The notes below the pieces were generated by a model, which was not told the DNA's origin, searched no databases, and was given only the letters and a program-made list of their open reading frames with translations. A stretch of DNA of 64,000 nucleotides from Adineta vaga. Taxonomy: Eukaryota > Animalia > Rotifera. Where the stretch lies: contig CP075496.1 of NCBI GenBank assembly GCA_021613535.1, positions 14,942,001 to 15,006,000 of the forward strand, written 5' to 3'. Numbering within the stretch: the stretch's first letter is position 1; each line of letters opens with the position of its first letter. Positions 40,196-52,369 of the stretch are shown here, one piece after another. A program made the position numbers and the translations under genes.

Positions 40196-40510
40196 ATGTG
40201 GCCATTTGTATGGACAAAAAAATTTAATAATAAAAATGAAGCAACTGATTATTGTAATACTTTACGTTTTTATCATGGTTATAGAGCTGAAAATAATGTG
40301 GTATCAGTTTCCAATTATTTAACTTGTTACTTATCCTTTATTCTGATACTTCTATCTGGTTTTGTTTATTTAAATAGTAAATTCTCTGATGAAATTATTC
40401 TTGCAGATATATCTCGAGTTACGCTGCCTATACAAGCAAGAAAATTGATAAACTATTTCACCAATCTAAACATCATTTTCGATCACAATGAAACAACAAG
40501 TATGGTATAA
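40196..40510 (+). CDS. Small single-TM protein of unknown function (104 aa), possibly truncated
   Basis: ATG-initiated ORF with a central hydrophobic segment and a layout similar to the neighbouring 39595 gene. Confidence 0.4.
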   Translation: MWPFVWTKKFNNKNEATDYCNTLRFYHGYRAENNVVSVSNYLTCYLSFILILLSGFVYLNSKFSDEIILADISRVTLPIQARKLINYFTNLNIIFDHNETTSMV

Positions 40511-41489
40511 AACTGCGAATATGAAATGTTATCATGTAGGAAAAACATGAATTTTCTAAAAACGTTATTTTTTTTTGTAAAAAACCATTAAACTAAATAT
40601 TTAATCTAGAATGTCAAGAATTAATAAAAAAAATATTTTTATGCTATTGACAGTGAAGTGACAAAAATATTACATTTTAAAACGATTTATATTTTAATAA
40701 ATACAATACATATATCCATTACTTTTCTACAAACTGATTTGTCGGTATCCGTCGTCTTCCAGGCTCACAAATATGATAAAACTCTATAAAATTTCTGATA
40801 TTAAGTGTTCATTTAAGCACACTAAAACATTGTTCCATGTGATTAAAATCATTCGTTAACCGTGGATTTTTTTTCTAGATATTTTTTAACGCGCCGAAAC
40901 TGCTGATACTATCCACATCGCTTAGTTTTCGAGTTTAAATTTACTTAAAGATGGAAGCATCAAAAATAGTCATTTTAGTTCTTTTCGAATCTATAAAGAC
41001 GATGAATTTTGAAAATTGTTGGAATAGTTGTTCTAAACCGATTCTAACTAGCGGTTTTGATAAAAAATCGAGAGCATCTAGACTAAGTTGGATTGGTCGA
41101 TCTGTGCTATTACAATTATTGTGAAAAACATTCACCAATCTGATACGAACGGTAATAATCTTGCTTTTTTTTACCATCACAGATGCGTGACAAAATGGTT
41201 GGCGGAAATCAAGCAATTTAATAATAAAATATACTATTAACATGTGATATGTAATAAAACAAAAATAAATCTAAAACAATGACGATTATACGATCGATCA
41301 TTTATTGAAAATCAGGCAGATTATGTCATGGGAAAGGATATTTGTATTTGTATTTACTTGGACTTACAAGTACATCAACTTTAAAAAGATCGTCAACGTC
41401 CTTTGAATTTTGCGAATATGTACATTGAAGAAGATGATCAAGCACAGAATTATGATTAAAAAAAACTTAAATTTATTCGTTCTCCAATA

Positions 41490-41738
41490 AGAGGTAGTCG
41501 AGGACCACGATTTGTATTGACTGCAGAAGACTGGAGCACTCATCGTTGGATTTTGGATGATTATTTAGCACCTCATGAAGATATTTCAGGTGTTGATTTT
41601 ACCAGTGGAAAATGTGCATGGTCAAATGATGAGATCTATGCGAATATTATACAATTAATGAAAGAACGAATGACTCGTGGTGATGTACCATCGGACCTCA
41701 ATGCAACAGATCCTGTTACTCATGCATTTCTTCATTAG
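41490..41738 (+). pseudogene. Isolated terminal coding fragment of an unidentified gene
   Basis: Protein-like 73-aa frame (WILDDYLAPHEDISGVDFTSGKCAWSNDEIY...) without an ATG or clear upstream exons. Confidence 0.3.
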
Positions 41739-41836
41739 AAATGTAACAATACCAATACTCCAATACCGTATTGGTGTCGTTACATTCCTATTATTATCAT
41801 CTTCACCCCACACCCTCTTCTCTAATGTCTGATTGA

Positions 41837-43050
41837 TTATTCAGCAACTGCGACGACACGATTATTGGGTTTTCGGAATACAGATATTATATCTTGTAAA
41901 AAAACGATGAATATCAATCCTTCATAGAGACTCAACACGATGGCAATAACTTGTAGAACGTATTTTCGTTTTGATATCGAATAAGAACATATCGAAGGAG
42001 CACATACAGAGAAAAATGTCGAATAAGATATATTGATGTACCATTCTTCGATGAATGCCTTTAATGTCAATTGCTCTACTGTATCATGAGGAGAATATTG
42101 ACTCAATAGTGAACAATTCAGTGGATTGATCGATGATAAATTGGCAAAGTTAATCGATTGAACACATGTTTCATTGTAAAGACAGACTATAAACTCGATC
42201 GAAAAAGTGATTCAATTAGATTACAACCAAGAACAAAACCAGGTATGATCGTATTATCAATATACACAGGTTTAATACAAACAGACGATGTGGCATATGA
42301 GCGATCGTGGCCATGAAACACTGGAGTAGCTGAAAAAAATATAATTTGTTAGACTTTTGTAATTTTGCGGTAGATATATCCAATTTGAAAAGAAAATATT
42401 GATCAATTGATTTGTTTGAATTCCTTCACGACCAAAATTTAATAATGAAACAAAAATATCTTGATTCCAATTTTTCACACTATCAGTACTTAATCGAATT
42501 TTTGCCATAAATTGATCTTCGAAAAGTAGATCTTCTATCAATATGATTTGCTGTAAAAACTCGATAATAAAACGATCCACAGCAAATTGGGCTGCATTAC
42601 AGATAGATTGTTGAACAACAAAATAAATTATACACCGAGTACGAAACTGATTTGGTGGTACATTAGGCCAATTGCCATCACTGAAAATATTCTCAATCCA
42701 AATATTTTCAATGAATAAACTCGAACAGATTGGATGCAATCGAACGCTCAAATTCACAGATGATTCCGATTCGAATGCAGCTTCTTTGCATGGACATCGA
42801 AGCGATGTGCTATGATCGACAAAAAATTGTGCAGCAGCTATTTCAGTTGGTCGTCGAACTTGGATTATGACCGTCTCATCCCTAAAGAAATTGTACATCA
42901 AAACAATTAAAAAAACAGATATCCAAGTTAATAGATACAATCGTGTCACACATCGCTATCAGTAGAAACTGTCAATGGAGATGATTTAAGTCGATGGAAA
43001 AACAAATTCAGTTCGATCAATTGTCGAGGAATGTTACATATCAAACGACA
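41837..43050 (-). pseudogene. Degraded copy of a two-TM, Cys-rich-ectodomain gene ('TRLY...CPC...HPICSS...FIEEW...CAP..CSY' family)
   Basis: ORFs 42272-42949 and 41837-42106, plus the intervening 'PGFVLGC...C...' segment in other frames. TM helices at both ends. Several frameshifts and a stop at ~42958. Confidence 0.7.
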
Positions 43051-43298
43051 AACATCAACATGACTTTAATTGTTGTATAAAAACAAAAGACAAACAAAAA
43101 AGTGAAGAAAAAAGATTTTTTTTTGTAATTTACCTTGAATGTATCCTACAAACTAATAAGTGATATGAAAGAGAATGGGTGTCAATAGACGAAGAGCAAC
43201 ACTCTATCCACTACAAATACCCATCAAATTTGTGATGATAATAATAATAATATTCTGTCTTCCCTTGATTGAATATGGACAAGATGATAGAGAATATG

Positions 43299-43362
43299 CA
43301 TCTCGAAGGTAGGTGGGTGTGAATGTTAGATAGATTCAGTACCCACACTCAAACCCAAGCTG
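43299..43362. repeat. Telomere-like hairpin element (family member)
   Basis: CATCTCGAAGGTAGGTGGGTGTG...TTAGATAGATTCAGT...CCCACACTCAAACCCAAGCTG. Confidence 0.6.
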
Positions 43363-44125
43363 GTATCATACATTCACTTACGTCGTATATATACGTTTGT
43401 TTCTTTTTATATTGGGTAAGGAATGCAAAGGAAAGACAAACTGTGTATAGTACAGCGTCATGGAAAAAAGCATGAATGAAAGCCATTCATCCATACCCAA
43501 CTTTCCACCATGTGTATGATATTGTACGGTTCGTTGATTCATTTAAATAAACATTATTTAGAAAAAACCAAATCACTTTTTTGAATACAAAGATATAAAG
43601 CTTTTGTTTCCTACATACACGAAAACAACTTCAGTACATTTCAGCATTAATTTCCATCGTAAGTATACTTAATTATCTGTATATGCATTTATTGTTTCAG
43701 AATTTGAAATGAACGTTTATAGTACATTGTAGAGCAAACTTGAAAGCGTCAGAAAATATATCTTACTATTCGAAAAATTGCTTTTGTGAGTCTATAAAAT
43801 GCATACATGAAGCATTAACTCCGATACTGTACGGTACAATGTATTCTGTCTTACTTTAGAAGTACTCTTGCTCCTTGGTGTCAAGCTCCGAATTCCTCTT
43901 TAAAATGTTGTGAAGAGTATGACTATATTGATTTGGGAAAAAACGTACAATTTCGGACTGAATTTTCTTTGCAAGCATGCAACGATGTATTTTCTTTATT
44001 TCAGAAAAAGGTGAGCGAATCCGTTTGATCCGCGTTACTTGCGTTTTATAATAATCTGAACTAAAACTAACAACAAATTATTGGACTTCCATTGAAAAAA
44101 AGTAATTGACTTTTTCCAACTTCTT

Positions 44126-44297
44126 TTCACCCTTACGGCCGGATGTTGCCAAAAGGCAACATGTTAGCATTCGACTCGGTTTTAGTTCTTTAAACTCCAA
44201 AATGGAATTCGGTAACCTCCACACCTAAAAGACAAAGAATATAAAGAAGTAGAATTTTTCGCATGTTATGTTCTGGTAGCCAGCTGTAAAGGGTTAA
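44126..44297. mobile_element. Short piggyBac-like MITE (~164 bp)
   Basis: Left end TTCA|CCCTTACGGCCGG; right end CCAGCTGTAAAGGG|TTAA. Internal palindrome ATGTTGCC-AAAA-GGCAACAT. Confidence 0.6.
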
Positions 44298-44440
44298 GCA
44301 TTCTATTCTTGAGTCTTCCAACCTGCTTTATATTTCATGTTTTGGCCAACGAATAAGTAGAAGCAAATATTGGTGAAATTAATTTCTTGTTTTTAGGGTG
44401 TATCACATTTACCTCTTCGTGAAGCTTCGTTTGATTGAAA

Positions 44441-45121
44441 ATGATGGACAATAATGAGGAATATGTCTATGAAGTAGTCAGCAATGAGACAGACGCTCTT
44501 ATTTGTGCTCAACTACTGGCAGAGGTGTTTTCTAAATCCGAGCCTTTGACAAGCTATACTCAGATAGGAGCAAAGGAGTTTTTCGATCAAGTGATATGGC
44601 CATCAATGTTAGAATCACTGGACGAGCGACTTTCGGTACTCGCACGACATCGTTCCACAAATGAAATAGTTGCTGCTATTCTTGCTAACGATCTCTACTA
44701 TGATCACAAGAGACATCCATACAATCCACTGGATCCACCGCATGCATTTGCACTCATAGATTTATTAAATGAAATGGACGAAGCCTTCATTCAACGCGAT
44801 TTTGGACAAGAATTAATACCTAGCAAGGTCTTGCACATATTTCTCGGAGCCACTCGGGAACAACATGCTAATAAGGGTATAGCCGCCCGATTACGTGCAT
44901 TTGTGTGCGAAAATGCGAGACAAGCAAAAGATTTTCAATATACTTTTGTTCAAACATCGAATTCGGCTACATATCACATTTACATTAACAAAATGAAAGG
45001 CAAAATAGTAACAGAAGTTGATCCTACGACATGGTTGTGGAAGAAAAAAGGTGATGGAATATATCCATTCAAAGAATTTACAGGTGGGATTGTCCCAAAC
45101 ATTCTTATTAAACTGAAGTGA
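44441..45121 (+). CDS. GNAT N-acetyltransferase (arylalkylamine/dopamine NAT-like)
   Basis: F..SEPL motif, LSVLAR...EIVAAILAND, acetyl-CoA motif A 'LHIFLGATREQHANKGIA', 'VQTSNSATYHIY..KM.G'. Confidence 0.88.
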   Translation: MMDNNEEYVYEVVSNETDALICAQLLAEVFSKSEPLTSYTQIGAKEFFDQVIWPSMLESLDERLSVLARHRSTNEIVAAILANDLYYDHKRHPYNPLDPPHAFALIDLLNEMDEAFIQRDFGQELIPSKVLHIFLGATREQHANKGIAARLRAFVCENARQAKDFQYTFVQTSNSATYHIYINKMKGKIVTEVDPTTWLWKKKGDGIYPFKEFTGGIVPNILIKLK

Positions 45122-45483
45122 GAACGTCAACCATTTATATAATTAGAATATTAATTATTTAACACTTCATCTCTTGAATAATTTTTATCAGTTAGATAGA
45201 CGATTTATCTTTAATACTAACCCCATGCACTGTAGTTTTCTATATTATAAATAGCTACACCTGATTAGAACGAAGCGTTAGAAAATAAACAAAAAATGTG
45301 ACTTGAAAATAACAATCGTATTCTCTGGAATAGTCATTTTGTACTATCTCAGAATCACCATCTTCAGTTGAGTTCTTTGTAGAATACTACAAAAAAGATA
45401 TTGCAATCTAAAAGTAGCAGGTTTATTGTGAAAGAGAAGATATTTATAACACAAAGAAAACTTCTAGACTAAGCTTTACGGCG

Positions 45484-45550
45484 TTGAGGGTGGGTGTGGG
45501 TGTTAGATAGATGTAGTGTCCACATTCAGTTATACCACACCCCCACCCTG
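45484..45550. repeat. Telomere-like hairpin element (family member)
   Basis: TTGAGGGTGGGTGTGGGTG TTAGATAGATGTAGT ... CCACACCCCCACCCT. Confidence 0.7.
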
Positions 45551-46385
45551 GTTTATTCTTTTCTTTCTTAGATAATTAAACAAAACTACCGTTTTCTCTT
45601 TTTTTTCTGTGTTAATAAGTAAAAAAACGTATTTTTATTGCATATTCTCAAGTATTTCTGATATCAAAAACATGATAATTTACATAATCGGAAATGAAAT
45701 TTCTTCAAATAATAATAATGAAAGAAAAAAAGTACGTCATATATTGCAATGCGTCTTAGAATACAACTATACATCGAGATATGATGAAAGTATATCGAAT
45801 AGATGTCTAATTTCAGTTCGAATATATATGGATGGTTGAACATAAAATTAATTGTCAAGGAAAACATGATTCGAGTTGTACATACTTCTAAGTCATATAG
45901 TTTTTCAAATATCAATCGATACATCAAATCGGTTATTTCGGTCAGACGCAGAGAAACATGATCATTTTTTCAGTGATTAAATAACGAATAAGAAAAAGAA
46001 AGTCATGAGGGATGATGGTGATATTAAATTTCAATAGTTAAATCTTTTAACAATTTCATTATTGATAAACCATCACATTCGGACCATAGGATATAATTTG
46101 AAAATGAACAATATCTTATATTGAAACTATCTTGATATGATACAATAACTACATATGTCATAAAAAGATACATAGGAAAATTTCCATGTAATTAGTCAAC
46201 CTTCATGAGACAAAAATTCGACTGTATTTCTTTGATCCTCTAAATTTGTCTTTCTATCGACATACTTTTATATGAGATATTTTACGACTTTTTATTATTT
46301 CAAATGATTATCATAAAATGTATTTTGGTAATAAAACGAAAAGTTTGAGAAAGAAACATTTGCTTGTCGTGTAAGTATATTTCAA

Positions 46386-47816
46386 ATGGAGGAAAACTTG
46401 TCGAAAACTCAATTGGAAAATCTTTCAAATGAAATTCTTCATGAAATCTTTGTTTATCTAAACATTTATGAATCTTTTCAAATATTTTTTCATTTAAATC
46501 AAAAGTTTCAAAATCTTTTTCTTTTATCGAAGAATTTCTTCCAAGTTGATTTATCAAATCTTACAAAAGTTTCACTCGAACAAAATTCTCACGAATTTTT
46601 TCAATCAACAATTCATCAAATCAATTCACTTTATATTTCTAATACATTTATCATTAATTCAATCATTTCATCTTTTAATGATCCAAAATTATTCCTTCAA
46701 CTTGAAATTCTTTATTTAAAAAATCTGAATTTAAACGAATCCGAAGATTTTTTTAATTATTTATGTTTATTACCAAAACTTTCTTCCTTAACAATTTATT
46801 CAATTAATGATTATTTTATTAAAACTAAAATCTTTCGTTTATCATCATTAAAATATTGTAAATTATCATTTATCGATGAGAATTCTTCACACGGTAAAAT
46901 ATTACCACAAGTGACAACAAATTTTAGTCCAATTGAACATTTAATTATTGATTCAACTGTGTGTCTTGAAGAACTTTTACCAATTTTATCATACGTTCCA
47001 AATCTTCGTCGTTTATCAATTCAATCAATTTGAAGAATTTATTTGGATTCTTTTTGAAAATCTTCAAGTTTTATATCTTTTAACAGATAAGGATGATAAA
47101 TATCTTAAAGCACAAAAATGGGAACATTTAATAAAATATGATATGACTCATTTACGAATTTTTAATTTTCAACATCAACATAAAATTCCAATGAAATATC
47201 CTGAAACATGTCGACAATTAATCGAACGATTTTCAACATCATTTTCGACTAAAAGAAAATGGTTTTTTACTCATCAACATTATCAACTCGAAGATTCGAA
47301 TTCTATAAAAGTATCTGAAGAATCGAACTCTTTCGAACAATGTTCAATTTTGGACACTGTACTTCTATGCAAAAAATCAATTCAAGATGGACTTTTCTCT
47401 TCTATAAAACCATTTAGGTAATTCTATTCTTTAATAGATAATTTAAATAAAGAATTTATTTAGGAGAAAAGATTTAATTTTAAATTATATCAATAATCAA
47501 TGTGGAAATTCACTCATAATAGGAAAAAACTCTTCATTCAGTTCGTCATATTTATGTTGAATTAGTCAATAATGAAATTTTCTCGTCAATTAGAATATCT
47601 TCATATAAATATATGTGAAGGTAGTCATCAAATATTTATTAGTTATTTATTATTAGACAAAAATGAAAGTTTTTATTATTTACATTCATTGAATATTTAT
47701 TATTCAAATGATATATGGGAGGAAGAAGTGAAGAATTCAATAACGCAATTTAGACAATTAAATGAAATTCCTTTTGATATAATATTAATTTTAATCATTC
47801 TTATTTATGGTGGTAA
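46386..47816 (+). pseudogene. F-box-like / leucine-rich repeat gene, disrupted
   Basis: F-box-like N-terminus 'LENLSNEILHEIFVYL', LxxLxL repeats, 'SPIEHLII', 'WEHLI...HLRIFNFQ', 'W.FTHQH'. Frame breaks at ~47030 and in the 3' exon. Confidence 0.7.
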
Positions 47817-47963
47817 TCAACTTTTTTCTTCATTATTCACAAACATTCGATTCATTTCTTTATTTAACCAATATTTTTTTAAATAAAAATAAAAATATCT
47901 ATTTAGCTACGCATTAATTTTTAACTTTCTATATCCATAATTATTCCATTTAGTATATAAGTT

Positions 47964-48018
47964 CTGAGGGTGAGGGTATGTGTTGTAGGTATTCTTCTCC
48001 ACTTACATCCACACCCTG
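47964..48018. repeat. Telomere-like hairpin element with TGAGGG units
   Basis: TGAGGGTGAGGGTATGTG...CACTTACATCCACACCCT. Confidence 0.55.
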
Positions 48019-48019
48019 A

Positions 48020-49026
48020 TCATCTATGAAACGTCGTACTCCAAGTCAACCGATTCCAGCTATCAGAAATTGTGTTCCTGAGACGTCGTTGTGCATCATA
48101 AAGCAGTTGTCGTGCAAACTCTGCGTCACTTTCACGTATTTGTTGTAATCGATTGTAATAAATCATATTTTCTTGTTTTGCTTCTTGATCGACTAATTCA
48201 GCATCAGATTTTGTCCAACCCGTTGATGAATCACGCCAATTAGAATTACCATCGTTGCTTTTTTCAGCTAAAGCTAGCGTTCGTCGTGCTAACGCTCCTC
48301 GATTATTGTTATATAACACAGGATTTTGTATATATTTCATTTTATGCTCTGTATGTATCTTTCCAAAGCAACTATCACAAAGATCATAATTTGATGAACA
48401 TTCTTCACATTGCCGTCGGTTCCCACTGAAATGTTTTGCTGAACAGCCATCGCATTTTACGTCTAGGTGAAAATAACCGTATGCTAGCCTCGCCCAATCA
48501 TCGAGAGACTTTTGCGAAAATGTATGGGTTGAAGGATGATGTGTAATCATTACTGGCTTACATTCAGCACAAACACCGAAACTTTGTGGACATTGTTGAC
48601 ATTGAAAACTTGGCTCTTTATTCATAACGATTATACGATGACAATGAGAACAATTACTTAAGAAATTGTAAAGGAAATCGTCACTATTAAATATCGATGA
48701 CGATATTGAAGATGTCTGAAATCAATAATAAATAGAAATTTATCAAAAAGATATTGTTCATTTGTTTCAATAAATCCTACTTTAATTTGAGTTTTTTGTG
48801 CATCATCGAAAGATTTCGATTGTGTACTGCTGGCAGCACTAGTAATAGTTGTTGATTGAGTTTGTGATGAATGTATTTTATGGAGTGTATGAAAATGAGT
48901 ACATGCTCGATTATGTTCCTTTTTCTCGCATGATTCACAAACAAAATGATAAACACATTGATGACATTTGTAAATAGTAGAAGATGATGGAATTGAAATA
49001 CCACATGATGTGCATATAGTATTCAT
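48020..49026 (-). CDS. Protein with three ZZ-type zinc-finger-like domains and a C-terminal coiled coil; one frameshift
   Basis: CTSC..YKCHQC..CESC..H..H; CSHC..FQCQQC..CAEC..H...H; CDGC..RRQCEEC.NYDLCDSC..H..H. Intron ~48780-48716. A 1-base frame break near 48660 is needed to join 'SNCSHC'. Confidence 0.7.
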
Positions 49027-49819
49027 TTTTAGTTTTTAGTAAAAAAAGACCTATCAGATATAAATAATTTCAATTTCTCATTTATATTTTATATCGTTAT
49101 TGTACAGGTGAAACGATAAACATGACTATGATGCGTGTTTACTTCGTTTTTTTTCGTTAATTAATGTTAAGTCATGCGCATTTACCATTCTCTATCATTA
49201 CCTCAATTATATATATGCGTAATAAATGAAATGAATTATTCTTGTGCATCATGATCAATTTATACAAAATCGTTTAGATTAATCTTGAATCGACGTTACT
49301 TCACGACTCAGTCCAAATGTAGCAATAATCAGGACAAAGACTACCTTTTTTACAGTTGATTCAAGAAAAAAATTCTCAGATGAAGTGTAAATTTTCGTAT
49401 TTATTTTCCTATTACCACCCAGTGTCTAACCTTTTTTGAAACATAGACAAATATAACAGTATTAGAACAACAAAAAAAATCTAAAAATGAAGGAACGAAT
49501 AGTTTTAAAAATCAGTATCTCAAGGGTCAAGCGGTTGCTTTCGACTTTTCCATAAATGTCTTTCTGAGCTCGAAAATAATCGTTTAGGTTTTGACTAACG
49601 AAATTGAGTTGTGTGTATAGACAAAATATCACGATTAAAGTTGAGGGAATAGTTTGGATGCCTATCTTGTAACTTCTAGATTTTGAATCTGATATCATAC
49701 TTCGATAGGGCATAGAAAAGCTGAACATTATGGAAAATGGCAGGAATACATAGAAAAGGTGATGGGAACTAGTGTACGAATTGTATAGAATAATAAAAAT
49801 AAACAACAATACATTATGC

Positions 49820-51769
49820 CTAACGCATTTCCACAACGTGTTTGCCTGATGCATCCGTTGTCACTTGCTGTTTTCCGCTTGAACGCATTTTTTGGGCGAG
49901 TAGCTTGCGATATTCATTATCTTTGTGTTTCATTTCGTGACGCTTGCCAAGGGGTATACGAAAGTACCAAACAATAAAGAGCACATGACAAATAATAAAG
50001 GCCGAGCCAAATGCAATTAACACGTATCGATCAATCCAAAACCAATAACTGGTGGGTGTTATTCGTTCGAAATTATTGAGGGCGAAGACGAGTATACCAA
50101 CGATGGAATGCCATGTGCCGAAGATGACAAGCACAAACATACACGCGAGTGAATATTTGTCAAAGGCAGTCATATAAGAAATATGTGGCTAGAACGAAAT
50201 TGGTGAAGTGTTTTTTTTCTGTACCACTCTCATAATGACCAATTTTTTAGGTTAAAAGTAGTGTTTTCTCGCCTTCGGAAACTTTTAGTTCGGGATGCGT
50301 AGTGACGCCCTAAATTACGGGAAGAGTGCCAAAAGTAAATGTTCTTTTTTTAAATTTACTCTCAAATGTATCTAATTCAACTATTCACTTTGTGGCACTA
50401 ATCTTTCATATGAATTACATTTTTGATGAAAAATGGGCAATACCTAACGATGCGCTCAGCAATCCACCGTCAGCTTTAACATACACTTAAAAAGTTTTGA
50501 GACAGGACTTCTTGGTTGTTTTTCCTGACAAACAGACTTACGAGTACATGCGACACGCTGATTGTCCATCGGAATGCAATTTGGCTGAGTAATAAATTGG
50601 AGACTATGCCGAGTCGCTGCGGTGTCAAGCTAGAATGTAAAGAAGAAAACGGTTCTATTTTATTCTCAAGAGAGTCATGTACGACTTACTCGACAGTAAC
50701 TGCAAACGAGCTGAAGCCAATGGCCGAGAACAAAAATAAGATCAAGAAATGATTCCAAAAGAAATACTGTGACTTTCGTGCAACGTGACAAGTAATCTTA
50801 AGAGTGCCTCGTGTCTTTGGATAGCCTGGAACATACAGATCACCGCCACCATCTAGATCATGTCGAAAGATATATCCCTTAACCCAACTGGGCGTTGTTT
50901 CTACATGTTCATACAAGATCCATTCATGTTGTGCAGCAAACGATTCCTTATTAACTCCGGACAGATTATACGGGTCGGCATATAATTGTACTTTCTTATC
51001 GGACAGATTCGATCCAATTGAAATATTCAGTTCTTGTGTGTCGGTTGGATAGTGATGCAGATCAAAATCACACAAGAAACGCCCTTCAAAGATACGCAGT
51101 TCACGTACTTCGATTTGTTTTGTTTCGTGGTGACGCTTCAAACTGTAGTGCGTGGTTTCATCGATAGAACCTACGTCTCGATTCAGGATAAATATATGAG
51201 GATGCCACCCTTTGTAGTTTCCCACGAGAGATAGTTGTTCGTCTTGATCGAGGGCTGCGATCTGATTCGATGTTAGCGTAGCGAGAAATGAAGCGTCCGC
51301 ACGCCAATGAGATTCCACTGCTACATAGGCAGCGTAACGTTCGCAATGCGTTTCGATCGTACCTATGATAACAAAGGGTATGTGTGTTGATGCATCACAC
51401 TCACAGTCAAACCACAATTCTCTACTTTGGTATCCAGTTTCAAGATGTAGCTAATTCATCTGTGCTCAACTGATTTTGTGAGAAAGACGATTTCAGACAA
51501 AACTTAAAAATAATTTTCTACAGGTTCTATCATGAAAAAGCATTTTCTAGAAACTGTCTAGAATATATTTTCTCTGCTGTCAGATTGTGGTCTTTCTTTG
51601 ATGGGGATATGAAAGCGTTTGTAGGGTAAAACGAGACGTCAGGTTACTTACCTACTCGGAGAAACATGAGGCGAACATCAACTCGCACCGGTGCTTCCTC
51701 TCCTGGCTTCTTTGGTTCATCTTTTACTAGTTCAGCAATTGTACTATTGTGCTCGACGACAACAGTCAT
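49820..51769 (-). CDS. Cys-less (Pro-loop) pentameric ligand-gated ion channel subunit, 415 aa, 4 exons
   Basis: Exons 51769-51652, 51362-50690, 50629-50542 and 50188-49820 join in frame. Motifs: VDVRLMFLRVGTIET, ESHW, WHPHIFILN, FDLHHYPTDTQEL, EW, VARKSQYFFWN (pre-M1), M2 'PQRLGIVSNLLLSQIAF', LPHISYMTAFDKY (M2-M3), 'IDRY' before M4. Confidence 0.9.
51402..51600. mobile_element. Small inverted-repeat element inserted in intron 1 of the channel gene
   Basis: CACAGTCAAACCACAAT vs ATTGTGGTCTTTCTTTG imperfect TIRs. It accounts for the unusually long (289 bp) intron. Confidence 0.45.
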
Positions 51770-52369
51770 ATTCACTTCTGAATTATTCTAAAAAAATCAA
51801 TTGTGATTTGTTTACTGCCACATACACAGAGAGAAACAATAGCGGAGGAATCACACAAACTTCCTTGCTCCTCCTTATTATGCGCACATTATTGCATCTG
51901 TGAAACGCAGCCCGTCATGGTAACAACAGCAAAGTGCATTCATATCAGAAACTGATCAATTCAGACCACCATATTATTTTGTAATTAAAAATACTGTGCG
52001 ATGAATTTATATACACTCTGAAAAAGAATAGGATTTTCATGAAACCTAAGCAATGTTCTGCTCACGTATACAAGAAGCACCTTTGTATGAGTGCATATAA
52101 AACAAGTCGTTCTCTATCGAATCTCTTATGAACAACTGACGGTGTGGGTGTCTCTGTTATATTCAGATCCTCATCCTCGATTATCCTTCGGTGAAGTTTT
52201 ATACAACAAATAATACCTTTTATTTTTAACGTTTTTTTTTCAATCAATCAGAGAAGTACGAACATAAAAGCAAGCAAGTTTACAAGACTCTACAACAAAT
52301 AGAGATTACAACAGATAATGTTAAAAAGAATAATAAAAATTTGAAAAACTTTCGAATAGATATTTTTGG

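Noticed and set aside
13460-45121. A bona fide biosynthetic gene cluster
   Set aside because: No NRPS, PKS or terpene core enzyme, and the tailoring-type enzymes are separated by unrelated genes.
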